Of a stretch of DNA of 64,000 nucleotides, positions 27,095-41,253 are shown one piece after another (the stretch's first letter is position 1; every line of letters begins with the position of its first letter). The DNA comes from Eledone cirrhosa. Taxonomy: Eukaryota. The notes below the pieces were generated by a model. It worked only from the letters and a program-made list of their open reading frames with translations, was not told the DNA's origin and made no database searches. Location of the stretch: the NCBI GenBank assembly GCA_964016885.1, contig OZ024741.1, forward strand, positions 215,698,001 to 215,762,000, read 5' to 3'. A program made the position numbers and the translations under genes.

Positions 27095-27097
27095 TGG

Positions 27098-27171
<74 letters not shown>

Positions 27172-27174
27172 TAT

Positions 27175-27918
27175 ATTTATTACATTAACAGAGAAAGCTT
27201 TTAGCGATACTCCGACCAACTCCCATCTCACTCAAAAAACATTAGGATATACCTGAGTATAATCCCAATTATGCGTTTGGGGTTCTAACTATATTGTATT
27301 TCGTGGATAGTCGGTTGTATTATTTTATATGAGACATAATTAAATAAATCTCTTTTTCCATACGATCGTTTCGTTATAACATTTCTACAAGGTGGAAAAG
27401 AATGTCCAAGTTATGTAAAAGCTTGGATATAATCCATAGATATCCATGAAAGAGGGCTCTTATAATTCATCAGTGGATGCCCAAGTAATACCAATATAAA
27501 AAATTACATTGATATTAATATTCAGCGATGGTCCCTGTCAGTGCTAGAATGACCACTAAGTTTGAAAGTCCAGCAGTCCTTCAAAAATAAATTTCACACT
27601 GTCCCAAAATGGGAAGGGGAGGTCATCGTAAAACATAAAATAATATACACGTAGGTCATTGAACCCTGTTAGGAATTCTAACCACGTGTGAAGAACTCAA
27701 CTGGATATTAAAAAAATAAATCTATGTACATATTATTTATATATACATAGAGGTATTTTCTCAGGCAAAATAACAGATATGAGATACAGGAAGAAACAAT
27801 CAATATTTCATATAAAGAATAAATAAAGATAGTCATACCTAAATATCTGGAAATTTTCATATCTGGCCATCCAAGAGTATAATATTTAATACATTAACAG
27901 AGAAAGCTTTTAGCGATA
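27175..27918 (-). mobile_element. ~709-bp non-coding HHR-bearing unit with ~35-bp direct terminal redundancy
   Basis: tacattaacagagaaagcttttagcgata occurs at both 27181 and 27890; (TA)n on both sides. Confidence 0.65.
27357..27477 (-). ncRNA. Type-I hammerhead, long stem II
   Basis: tcca-CTGATGA-attataa...ttataac-GAAA-cgatcg-TA-tgga. Confidence 0.75.
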
Positions 27919-28107
27919 TATATATATATTATAGGAACATATTAGAATCGTTGCTTGCACCCTTAATGTTTAAGGGTGAAAGCAGCTATTCTTTGCTTAA
28001 ACTTTAATTAGTTCTTATAATAAATATTTGCTCTACGCTTTTATATATATATTATATATATAATCCTTATCGAGCCATCTTCGGATTTTAGTCTTCACAT
28101 TTATTAT

Positions 28108-28299
28108 GCGGATTGGCAGTATCGGTAGAGGGTCGAGCGCCATGCTTTGAAGCATAGAGTTACCCCCCTTTATGATCTGAGTTCAATTCCCACCGAGGTT
28201 AACTTTACCTTTCATCCTCACGGGGTCGATAAAATAAAGTACCAGTAATGCACTGGGATAATTGCTGGCCTGGTGCCAAAAGTAGAAACAATTATTATT
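28108..28299 (+). mobile_element. Nin/Deu-type SINE
   Basis: Full-length match to 5950-6134. Confidence 0.88.
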
Positions 28300-28735
28300 A
28301 CTATATATATATATATAAACTTGAAAAAATTAACAAAAAGAGGACAAGATAACGAAAGGAATCATGGGAAAAAGAAAAACAATTCTTTACGGGCAAACCT
28401 TAGAAAATATATTTTTTAAAAATAAAAATACAAAAAAGCACGCAAAATTCAGGTTCATCGCTTTTGAGATGGACTTTGGCAGTTTTGACCACCCGACGTC
28501 GTAGCGTGTGACACAAGCCAAACACTGTCTAGTAGAGTAAGAAACGAGAGACAAAACATTAATTTATAACAATTTACCTACAACTACACATAGAATTTTA
28601 TACATATCTAATTATAGTTCGACTAATCTCTCTCTGTCGCAACAGTGTTCGTAGGTAATAAACCACACACACGTCAGTTGATATAGTAATTTGGTTATGG
28701 TTGTACGTCACTGTATTTACAGCTTATATATGTTG

Positions 28736-28773
28736 ACATAACGTTTCAGACGTTCACATCGCTCGTCAGACGT
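28736..28773 (-). ncRNA. Minimal type-I hammerhead (possibly decayed)
   Basis: acgt-CTGACGA-gc-gatg-tgaa-cgtc-t-GAAA-cg-TT-atgt. Confidence 0.6.
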
Positions 28774-28867
28774 ACTCTTAATGAGGGGAGCTATTTAAAG
28801 ATAACGTCAGTGAAACAGCATGACTGGTCACGTTTCGTATTATGGGGAGAGTGTTGCAGAGAAAATA

Positions 28868-29623
<756 letters not shown>

Positions 29624-29702
29624 GTAAGAATATTTTCGAAACAGCGAGCGTATTTAATTATTTTATTTTATTTCATTTGTCAAAATACGGCGATAGCTTA
29701 CA

Positions 29703-29770
<68 letters not shown>

Positions 29771-29782
<12 letters not shown>

Positions 29783-30332
29783 AAAATAATGAATAAAACA
29801 ATGAAACAGTTCCTTATATTAAACAAAAAGAGTTCATTATTTAACGATCGTTTCTAGGATATATATGTGTTAGAATTGGCATGCATATTCAACAGATCTA
29901 TGTACAAAATTATACAAAATTATACAAACTATCAAAATTAAATATACATACCAACACATATATATGCCGTCTTCAGAAATAATTTCATTATTTCTGAAGA
30001 CGGCATATATATGTGTTGGTATGTATATTTAATTTTGATAGTTTGTATAATTTTGTATAATTTTGTACATAGATCTGTTGAATATGCATGCCAATTCAAA
30101 CACATATATATCCTAGAAACGATCGTTAAATAATGAAGTTTTTTTGTTTAATATAAGGAACTGTTTCATTGTTTTATTCATTATTTTTTTTAATATTTTA
30201 TCTTGACTCTGTATTCCGTTTATCTTTCACCGAAAGTGATTTTTCATTGCATCTCTTCTTTCCATGATATCCGGATTACATTGAGTTCTTCATACGGATT
30301 GGACACTACCGTAAACTCTTGGTAGATTTATC

Positions 30333-30335
<3 letters not shown>
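29771..30335. mobile_element. Solo fold-back pLTR pair of the 11930-14946 PLE family, with two outward-facing hammerheads (29834-29982 -, 29985-30136 +)
   Basis: Palindrome centred at ~29984; sequence aligns with 14616-14946 and ends at the same ggtagatttatctac before (AT)n. Confidence 0.88.
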
Positions 30336-30996
<661 letters not shown>

Positions 30997-31056
30997 ATCC
31001 CGGGTACAATCGGGGCTGCCTGTCAGTACGTATGTGTTTGTCTATAGGTTCTTAGT

Positions 31057-31783
31057 GTGATGGTGGTGGTGCTAGTGTTGGTAGTCTTGGTAGTGATTGT
31101 GGTGGTTGTGGTGGTGGTGTTGGTGGTGATGGTGGTGATTGTGGTGATGGTGGTGATTGTGGTGATGGTGGTAGTGGTGGTGGTGGTGTTGGTGGTGGTG
31201 GTGGTGATGGTGGTGATGGTGGTGATGATGGTGGTGTTGGTGCTGGTAGTTGTGGTGGTGGTGGTTGTGGTGGTGGTGGTGGTAGTGGTGATGGTGGTGA
31301 TGGTGGTGGTTGTGGTAGTGGTGATGGTGGTGGTAGTGTTGGTAGTGTTGGTAGTGATTGTGGTGGTTGTGGTGGTGGTACTGGTGGTTTGGATGGTAGT
31401 GGTGATGGAACTGTGGTGTTGGTGCTGGTTGTGGTGATGGTGTTGGTGGTGATGTTAGTGGAGGTGATGCTGGTGGTAGTGATGGTGGTGATGGTGGGAG
31501 TGGTGGTAGTTTTGTACTCGAGGTGGTGGTGGTGGTGATGCTGATGATGGTGGTGATAGTGGTGGTGATGGTGGTATTGGTGGTGGTCGTTGTGGTGGTG
31601 GTGGTGGTAGTGGTGGCGGTGGTAGTGGTGGGGGTGGCACTAGTGGTGGTTTTGGTGGTGGTGGTGTTAAGACTGATGGTTTCGTTTCGTCCACCACTGC
31701 CTGTCGGCGAATGCAATTTAGGTTGTCTGAACAATCACAAATTGATAAATGACCTCCTCCTCCTACTACTACAACTACCACTG

Positions 31784-31846
<63 letters not shown>

Positions 31847-32654
31847 GTACTACTATCACTATTACTATTACTACAACTACTACTACTACTAATACTACTA
31901 CTACTACTGCTACCACCATCACCACTACTACTACTACTACTACCATTATCACCACCACTACTACTACTAATACTACTATTACTACTACTGCTACTACTAC
32001 TACACCATCTTCGTGGCCTGTTCTTTCTACTGCAGCTACATCAGTCTTGTTTTCCATGACAACAGTCAGAAATATGAAGCAAAAGTCATTGTCTGCAGAT
32101 GTGCCTGCATCTTCTGTGACGTCATGTGACAGAACCAGAGAGTAGAAGGAGGAGGAGGAGGAGGAGGAGGAGATGAGGATAATGACGAAGTTGAAGAAGA
32201 AAAGAAGAAAAGAAGAAAAGAAGAAGAAGAAGAAGAAGAAGAAGAAGAAGAAGAAGAAGAAGAAGAAAAAAATGAAAAAAGAAAAAAGAAGAAGAAAAAG
32301 TAGAAGAAGAAGAAGATGAAGAAGAAAATGAAGAAGAATTAAGAAGAAGAAAGAGGAAGATCATGAAGAAGAAGAAGAAAAAGAAGTAGAAGATGAAGAA
32401 GAAAGAAAAAGAAGAAAAAAGAAGACTTTTCCACTCTCTCTCTCTCTCCGTCTCCCTTCTCTCTCTCTCTCCCCTCTCCACTCTCTCTCTCCGTCTCCCT
32501 TCTCTCTCCCTCTCCCTCTCCCTCTCCCTCTCCCTCTCCCACTTCATCCCCCCTCTCTCTCTCTCTTTCTCTCTCTATATATATCTCCCTCTCCCTCTCC
32601 CTCTCCCTCTCCATCCCCCCTCTCTCTCTCTCTATATATCTCTCTCTCCCTCTC

Positions 32655-32695
<41 letters not shown>
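31057..32695. repeat. Compound simple-repeat block: (GGT)n 31057-31670, (CTA)n 31760-32003, (GAA)n 32145-32425, (CT)n 32433-32695
   Basis: Direct reading. Confidence 0.92.
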
Positions 32696-32697
<2 letters not shown>

Positions 32698-33254
32698 TAC
32701 TCTATATTTACAGAGTGTCGTTGACCACAAAACGTTTCGTTAAGAAAAAAATAATTTTTCTTCGACAGTGATACGACCCATCAGTTTATTGTATACATAT
32801 TATATACGTTTATATATATTTTTATATATGTCTCTGTTATGGTTAAACGATGACCTAGTACTATCACAACTTAAATATGACCGATTTCCATATAGCTCAC
32901 ACTATATGCAAATCACTTCCAGCCGATATTTTCTGCTTTGCTATATGCAAATAAGCATCTCTAGCAAGTGGACATCACGCAAAATTCTATATAGACTATA
33001 GACTATTTCATGCCATTGCCTTTTAAGTGGGTGTCACTGATAAGACATTAACAAACTTGAGACAGCCCTGTCTGACATTGTTGGAAAGTGCTGGCAATGC
33101 GGTGATATACTCACCGAGGTAATAGTAAAATATCCAAGTTTCTTTTCTTTTAGTTTCGTAACGAAAATCTTTATTTTTCCTTCGGCAGTGAGTCTAGCCA
33201 TATGGTTATTGTATGTCAACATCTTATATAAGTTCATATATATTTTCATATATA

Positions 33255-33413
<159 letters not shown>

Positions 33414-34105
33414 GTTGTTCAGACAACAATTGAGGGCCTTTCTGGGGGAAAAAAACCTGTGGCTCGGAATTATCCGATGATGTTAACAAGTTCTCCTTTT
33501 TGGGTAGTGTTTTCGATGTTCAGAGAGTGGAATTGGTCGCGTGCAAGGCCTTTTCCCACTTAAAAAATCTTCAAAGCACAGGGATTGCTTGTTCAGGTCA
33601 TGCTACAGATTTGTGTGGCTGGCCGTAGCCTAAAAGTGCACCAAACTCTATAATCTGACAAGCGATTGCAGTACTCTCAGCAGAGTTTGCCACCATCATA
33701 TGATGGGTAAAGTAAAGTAGGTAAAACAAAACAAATTTACCGCAAATTACTTCGTGATTCGTACTGCAGATTCATTTTAGCATACTGGATCACGAGAATA
33801 TGACACTTCAAAGCATTTTCTCAATACCCGAAGAGATTTCGAGTGAGTAGAGTAACCGATGTCTTCTTTAAAAAGGACAACCGTCAGGTGGTATATAGTT
33901 CACAAGACGAGAAGCAATATAGGAACTGTTGGCAAGCAAACCTTGTTGCTAGTAATAGCAGTTCGGTTTTGCCTATTTTACTCTACCTGGTAAGGTGTGT
34001 GAAACAAATAATTGCAGATACATATATTCCTATATATAACTGTATAGAAACATATAATATATATATATGTGTGTGTGTGTATATGTATATAAATATAAAT
34101 ATATA

Positions 34106-35165
34106 ATGTTTTTGATATGAAATCGTGTGTCGAAACAAATATTGTTATACTTGGGGAGGGTCATATTGGTGTAATACTATTACCAGAAATAATAACAGAA
34201 CACAATGAATTGTTTGGTTGGTTTTCGCTTCTGTATCTTTTATATCTCCATAGTTAATTCATTTGGCCCACAATGTTTATCACTGACTGACCAACGGTCA
34301 AAAATTCACATATAAATACATATATATAGTCTAACAAAGTTCTTTCGTTGCACATCTGCAATGTCATCAGTGGTACTATTATCATGTTTCCCCTGCTGTA
34401 TTGTATGTATTGTGATGTCTACGCCATTTTCATTTTATCTATTTATTTATTTATTTATTTTTCTCTTCGTCTCTGCGCATGCGTTTGCGTGTGTGTAGTG
34501 TTTGGTGTGTGTGTTCGCCTTTGGGTGACTGCATTTTGGTTATTGTATTCTATTTTACTTTATTAGTGTGTTTATATGTGTTTTTTGTTATTGTGCTTGT
34601 GTATATACTTATTTATTTATTTATTTATATTTCACTTAAGTCATTATTTGTTTGCTTGGGTGTTGTTTTTATTCCATTCATTTTTTTCTGTTTAGCTTTG
34701 GTCTTCTAAGTTCTATTTCACTGGCCTCTCTAATTTGCCTATCTGCTGGGTCATTTGTATGTTTAGATATTATTTTAATTTCTATGTTGTCTATGTCACC
34801 GTCATGCTGTTGTCTGGCGCGTTCGTATAGTACTGAACCGTTTTTTATTTTCCTTTTAGTCCCGCCCAGTGTTGGTCTATCCTTTCATCTATGCTACGGG
34901 CTGTCTCGACTATGTATGTTGTTGTCATGTTTGTGCAAGTGCCCTCTGTACATCTTATGCTATAGACTACCTTTCTAGTCTTACAGTTTATCTGGGGGTT
35001 TACTTTACATATAACACATGTCTTATTAGTACAGTGGGTTTTCTTAAAAGGGTATATTTTGCTGATCAGGGATTTTATGGTGGTTTCTGAATTTTCTACC
35101 ACTTTCATCTTTAAGTTCGTCTTACTTAGGGCCTTTCTACATTGGTTAGCTAATTTCCCTCCAGG
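34106..35165 (-). mobile_element. Inverted 3' portion (GIY-YIG + pLTR) of the Naiad-type PLE
   Basis: PGGKLANQCRK...CTNKTCVIC...VVYSIRC matches ORF 37232-37798; HHR-like motif at 34333-34373. Confidence 0.85.
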
Positions 35166-37817
35166 AAATACGAGTAGCAACATTAAGGAACAACAACCAC
35201 AACCACAACAACAACAACAACAACAACAAAAACAAGAAACAATAAAAGTAACAACCACAATGGTAGAAACAACAGTAACAACAACAATAACAATATAAAA
35301 AACAACAACAAACATAATAACAATAATAATAATGTTAATGGTAGGAATAACAACAACCACCATAATAACAATAATAGCAACACACACAACTATGACGATA
35401 GATATAATGAGAACCCCTTAGAGAAACTATTCTTCAACCCAGCTGACAAAACATATAAGATGAGTAAAAATTATCCTACTAAGTTTACCTTTTAATAAAA
35501 GACTTTGTAAACCACAACAAATAGATGACGAGACAGAGGTACAGTTCACCATAGCTAGAAATAAAATTAGACAAATAGTAGACCGATATACTAAGAGACA
35601 AACTTGGAAGGAAACCTGTAGAAGGCTTAGTTAGCCTCAAGCAGCGTACAAGGGATGGTGAGGTAGTGTGTCTATCCACAGATAAATATGGTAAAAGGTG
35701 ACAGACAGCATGCTGAACTATATGCAACCCCACATCACCAACACGAGCGAAACTACACAACAAACACATGAGGGGAGAGAGAAGATCCTCAACGCTCACA
35801 TGATGATGTGGACCGACATCCTAAAGCCAAGCAGACGCACTGCCAACAACTTCCAGGCATCTAACAATGACATACCACCCTTGTATGGGCACCGCAAAGA
35901 CCATAAGACAGTCGATGACCCGGCGACAGGACCACCAACAAGACCTGTATGTGGAGCCAATAACGCTAGCAACTACAGGATCTCCTACTTCCTCTCAATG
36001 GTTATACGCTCATAATTAAGACGCCCCCAGATGTATGTGACAGTACAGAGGACCTCCTCAGCAGAATCAATGAGTGCAACAAAAACAAAAACCTATCTAA
36101 CTGCATAATAGGCAGTATGGACGTGGTATCACTGTACCCATCCATTAACATTGATTTTGTTGTGGAAAAATGTGGAAATAATCAGTGAGAGTGATGTGGA
36201 GTTCTGCAACGTCGACACAGATGAACTGGGCCTCCTACTTAGACTTACTTATGACACTGAGTACCTAGACAGCCATGACCTTAGCCGTTTCTGCCCCAGT
36301 AAACCCATAAGAGGTAGACTCCCCACCATAACCCCAATGGCAGAAAAGACTCCCATGGGAAGGTGGATTGGGTGGATCAAAGCCATACGGACACCCCAAA
36401 ACAATAATCAGGTGAGAAAGACGGTCGCGCATGCAATAGGTGCTAGTATTAAAACTACCCTAAAGGGCCATATATTCAAATTCAATGAAAAGATCTAAAC
36501 TCAAAATGAGGGTGTAGCCATTGGCGTCAGCAAAGCTGGTGTTGTTGCCAAACTTTTTATGGTATGGTGGGAAAGGAGACACAAAGATCTCCTTGAAGAG
36601 AGCTCCATAGACCTCATCATGTACTCTCGTTACGTAGACGATATTAATATAGTAATAAGGACACCCCCACAAGAGAGTACTAACGAACATGATTTAGAAT
36701 ATAGCATAATGGAAAGCATCCAGCAGATAGCTAACTCCATACACCAGAGTATAACTGTAACTATTGACTACCCTTCCAAGCACCCTAACAATAGACTACC
36801 TGTACTAGACACGGAACTCTGGATTAACACTATAGACGTGAGGGCCGATATTCTCCACTCACACTATGCTAAACCCATGGCCTCTACATACATGATACTC
36901 AAAAACTCAGCAATGTCCAGTAGTGCTAAGTTTAATATTCTGATCGCAGACTTGGTACGACTGATGAAGAACGTGTCCGGCACGTGCGACCCAACAGAAA
37001 TGGAAAGACACATCCAACACTTCATCAACTGCATGCAGTTCTCTGGCTACAACCAAAGATCAGAATCAGAATATACAAAGGATCCACGGGAAGTATAAGA
37101 CCCTCATAGAACTGGACATTAAAGGAATTTGACCATTATACAGGAGCAAATCATGGAATAGCTTAGATAGGACTAAACATAAGATAGGGAAAGCCTCCTC
37201 ATGATAAGACAACCAGAGATACGAGAGTGTCATGTTCGTGGATGCTACCCCTGGAGGGAAATTAGCTAACCAGTGTAGAAAGGTCATTACAAAGACGAAC
37301 TTAAAGATTAAAGTGGTAGAAAAGCCCCGAACTACCATAAAATCCCTGATAAGCAAAACATACCCTTTTAAGGAAACCCACTGTACTAATAAGAAATGTG
37401 TTATATGTAAAGTAAACCCCCAGATAAACTGTAAAATTAGAAATGTAGTCTATAGCATAAGATGTACAGAGGGTACTTGTAGAAACATGACAACGACATA
37501 CATAGGTGAGACAGCTCGAAGCATAGGAGAAAGAATAGACCAACACTGGGGGGAATTAAAGGGACAAAAAAACCGTTCAGTACTATACGAACACGTCAGA
37601 CAACAACATGACGGTAACATAGACAACATAGGAATTAAAATAATATCTAAACATAGAAATGACCCTACAGGTAGGCATATCAGAGAAGCAAGCGAGATAG
37701 AGCTTGGAAAGCCAAAGCTAAACAGAAAAAATGAATGGATTAACAACAACAACCAAACAAACAATACTGACTTAAGAAAAATATTAATAAATAAATAAAT
37801 AAATATATACACAAGCA

Positions 37818-38012
37818 TCATCATCATTCGTCGACTACTGTCGAGATGACGGATCTCACTCTCATGCCCCAGAATTCCCTGTCCACCATCGCTGCCCGCA
37901 GGTCCTGTCTACTGATTCCCGTATCCCTAGAGATAACGTCAGGGAATGACAGCTTCCTACTCCTAGTCAGGCTGGAGTCAGGGTTCCAGAGCAAGAGAGC
38001 GGATATGATTTC
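37818..38012 (-). mobile_element. 195-bp 3' fragment of an RTE LINE nested in the PLE 3'UTR
   Basis: LLLWNP...DTG...AAMVDREFW; (GAT)n tail; 13-bp TSD atatacacaagca at 37805-37817 and 38013-38025. Confidence 0.88.
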
Positions 38013-38246
38013 ATATACACAAGCACAATAACAACAAACACATATATCACACACTAATAAACTAAGAAAGAATACAATAACCAAAACAAGGTCACCCAAA
38101 GGCGAACACACACCAAGCACTATACACACACGCAAACGCATGCGCAGAGACGAAGAGAAAAATAAATAAGTAAATAAATAGATAAAATAAAAATGGCGTA
38201 GACATTACAATACATAAAATACAGCAGGGGAAACATGATAATAGTA

Positions 38247-38286
38247 CCACTGATGATGTTGCAGATGTGCAACGAAAGAACTTTGT
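38247..38286 (+). ncRNA. Hammerhead-like motif in the Naiad pLTR
   Basis: CTGATGA-t-gttgca-gatg-tgcaac-GAAA-gaac-TT; stem I is weak. Confidence 0.55.
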
Positions 38287-38761
38287 TAGACTATATATAT
38301 ATATTTATATCTGTATTTTTTATCGTTTGGCCAAATGAAAAAATGAATTAACTATAAAAGATACAGAAGCGAAAACCAGCCAAACAGTGTATTCTGTTAT
38401 TATTTCTGGCAATATCATTACAACGATATAACCCTCCCCAAGTATAACAATATATATATATTAGAATACCAATTCTAATTTTCAATTTCTGCTTGACCGG
38501 CAACCGCTCTGTATAATCAGTACCTGATTATTACTAGAATTCTATAAGAATCAAACAATCATGATTTTCAGCAAACAGGTGGAGTACTTAGCTTTGATAA
38601 GTACCAAAAAGTACGAAACAGAGCTCTGTCAGCTTTATCTCCCCCTGTTTGCTGAAAATTTAAAGTAAGTGAGACTGTCACTACATTAAAACAATAGCGT
38701 AAGGTTTTCGAAATGCTTTTAATTAAGCATACAGTGTATTGCAAAATACACTATATATACA

Positions 38762-38804
<43 letters not shown>

Positions 38805-38849
38805 CAAAATATTAACAAATGAAGATATTCACATAATCAAAATATATGC

Positions 38850-38910
38850 TTTATTATATATATTTCGAAGGTATTGTGTTGTTTTTTTCAGTACGTCCTC
38901 GTCAGATAAA
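38850..38910 (-). ncRNA. Type-I hammerhead (same type as 54471-54530)
   Basis: tttat-CTGACGA-ggacgta...taccttc-GAAA-tatata-TA-ataaa. Confidence 0.65.
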
Positions 38911-39197
38911 ATATATGGTTTGATATATGACATACCTCTACGGTCTTGATAGTTCAATTCCTGTATTGGCAGTGATTTATTTCATCAAATCTCAATATTT
39001 ATATACCACAAATAATAATATGATAAAATTAAAGAAGAAAAGGACGTGGAGCAAATTAGAGATATAAGAGAGGGTGCAAAGAGGAGGAAGGCAAGAAAAA
39101 ATAAATATATACATACATAAATATTTAAGAGGCGGAACCCCGTCGGCTGAGCTGTAGCCGTTTCAACAGCTAGTTCCATTTTGATTTATATATATAT

Positions 39198-39386
39198 ATT
39201 AAATTTAATATAGAAATGGCTTCTACAGGGCTAGAACTGTTTCATTTGAAGGAATTCTTCAGGCCTTTTCCGGTAATTTCCTTTCAAAGAAACCGTCTAG
39301 TAGAAACCATTTCTATATTAAATTTGATGTTTACACTCTACTTAGGCATTGAGAACCTTACTGTGGTTACCCCCGATTGTACCCGA
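39198..39386. mobile_element. Fold-back mini-element (3444 family)
   Basis: Arms aaatttaatatagaaatgg / ccatttctatattaaattt; minus arm ggc-CTGAAGA-attccttcaaat-GAAA-cagttc-TA-gcc. Confidence 0.65.
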
Positions 39387-39485
39387 CACACACACATATA
39401 TATATACACAGACACACACACACACAAACACACACATACCCCCAACCACCAACCACACATACCCCCCACCCACACACATATATAT

Positions 39486-39639
39486 ATATCACGTCGAAAA
39501 CACCGGTTCTAGCAGCGTCTAGCCTAGTTAGTACTTAGATGGGTGACCGCTTGGGAACCCTAGGAGCTGTAAGAATTAAAAGGGCGGTGCCCAAGCATGG
39601 CCTCAGCTGGATGGCTGGAACAGGTAAAAGAGTAAAAGA

Positions 39640-39640
<1 letters not shown>
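39486..39640 (+). mobile_element. 5S rRNA-derived sequence fused to a SINE/LINE-type 3' tail
   Basis: atatcacgtcgaaaacaccggttct[~19-nt deletion]agcagcgtctagcctagttagtacttagatgggtgaccgcttgggaaccctaggagctgtaag, then gggcggtgcccaagcatggcc...caggtaaaagagtaaaagag. Confidence 0.8.
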
Positions 39641-39701
<61 letters not shown>

Positions 39702-39817
39702 GGGATAACAGATTATTGTTATAGGTAGTCCACTTAGGTGTAGTCCAGTTAGTGTACTCCGAGTAGTGGATTGTATCAACGCTTGGCTAAGTTTGACTCA
39801 ACAAGGCGTTCCCATAG

Positions 39818-40388
39818 TGATGCTGCGAGTACGCGTTGATTTCTATGTTGTTTACACTTGGAGTAATGATAAATCAAGAAAGAGGAGTGACACGGTTTGC
39901 TATCAACTCGTTTTACATGCTGATGTCTTAAGTATACTCTGTGTCTCACTTAGATTGATGTTGTGATTATTTCAAATAATTTATTGCTAGAACTGTTAGA
40001 ATTGTTCTGATTGAATGCTACTACTATATATAGAGGCCATGCCTGTGTATTCCCTTCATTCTCGCTTGCTCTGATGAATTGACTGGTTACAACTATGTAT
40101 TGGTGATCGATTGACGCGAAAACAGGCGGGTAGCGATCTCTAGACCTACCAGTTCAGAGAAACAATTATCAGCAAAGTGATTAAAAACCTTTTTTGTATA
40201 GCAAACCGTGTCACGCTTCTTTCTTTCTTGATATATAATCGCAACATCAATCTAAGTGAGACACAGAGTATACTTAAGACTTTAGCATGTAAAACGTGTT
40301 GATAGCAAACCCTGTCACTGTTCTTTCTTGATTTATCATTACTCCAAGTGTAAACAACATAGAAATCAACGCGTACTCGCAGCATCAT
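39818..40388. repeat. ~150-bp inverted repeat pair around a decayed HHR-like segment
   Basis: 39818-39970 mirrors 40235-40388; CTGATGA at 40070 and gcGAAA at ~40116. Confidence 0.7.
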
Positions 40389-40424
40389 ATATATATATTC
40401 TCCGCATCATATATATATTCTCAG

Positions 40425-40462
<38 letters not shown>

Positions 40463-40486
40463 TCCAGAAAGGCCGGTAGATAGGTA

Positions 40487-40530
40487 AATATTGCTGATGA
40501 GTTGTAACAACAACGAAACTAGTTCAATAT
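40487..40530 (+). ncRNA. Minimal type-I hammerhead within an extended hairpin
   Basis: atattg-CTGATGA-gttg-taacaa-caac-GAAA-ctag-TT-caatat; outer arms tattctccagaaag / ctttctggagaata. Confidence 0.85.
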
Positions 40531-40747
40531 TCCTTGTCTGGCTTTCTGGAGAATATAGGAAAGGTGTTTCCTCAAAAACCAGTATGACTCTAAAAACCGG
40601 TTTGTCTGTTTGTTTACATACAGAATAGCTGGATACTCACAGTAAAGTAACCAGTGAAAGACTTGGTACATCTACATATGTATACGTGTTGTGTATTCAC
40701 ATGCATACTAGTATTTCAGTATACATATGTGGATGTACATTTTTAAC

Positions 40748-40897
<150 letters not shown>

Positions 40898-40917
40898 GTA
40901 CGTATGTATGTATATAA

Positions 40918-40955
<38 letters not shown>

Positions 40956-40990
40956 GTACGTATGTATGTATATATATATATATATATATT

Positions 40991-41027
<37 letters not shown>

Positions 41028-41066
41028 TACATATCATATATGTATATTATATATATTCATAAGCAT

Positions 41067-41253
41067 TGAATTGGCAATATCGGTAAAGAGGCAGATGCCT
41101 TGCTTTGCAGCATAGAGTAAAGGCCCTTTACAGTCTGAGTTCAAATCCCGCCGAGGTTAACCTTGCCTTTCATCCTTACGGGGTCGATAAACTAAAGTAC
41201 CAGTAATTCACTGGGATAATTGCTGGCCTTGTGCCAAATGTAGAAACAATTAT
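41067..41253 (+). mobile_element. Nin/Deu-type SINE
   Basis: Match to 5950-6134. Confidence 0.85.

Larger units (their letters stand above)
35400..38450 (+). mobile_element. Decayed Penelope-like element, Naiad-type (RT + C-terminal GIY-YIG)
   Basis: PPTRPVCGA, GSMDVVSLYPSI, YSRYVDD, DYPSKHPNNRLPVLD, YAKPMAS; CxxxxCxxC...NVVYSIRC..C..YIGETAR...HVRQQH. Several stops and frameshifts. Confidence 0.88.

Noticed and set aside
33034-33223. MARLTAEGKIKIF... with a GTGAGT donor; possible exon or transposase N-terminus
   Set aside because: No convincing acceptor, TIR or downstream DDE sequence.
37080-37240. In-frame TGA codons in the Naiad-type element as possible selenocysteine
   Set aside because: They fall at expected Arg (G-x-R-PLYR, CGA>TGA) and Trp positions beside a TAA, and the Cys motifs use TGT. 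This is ordinary decay.
39486-39573. Functional 5S rRNA gene
   Set aside because: 5' end missing, internal deletion and no oligo-T terminator.
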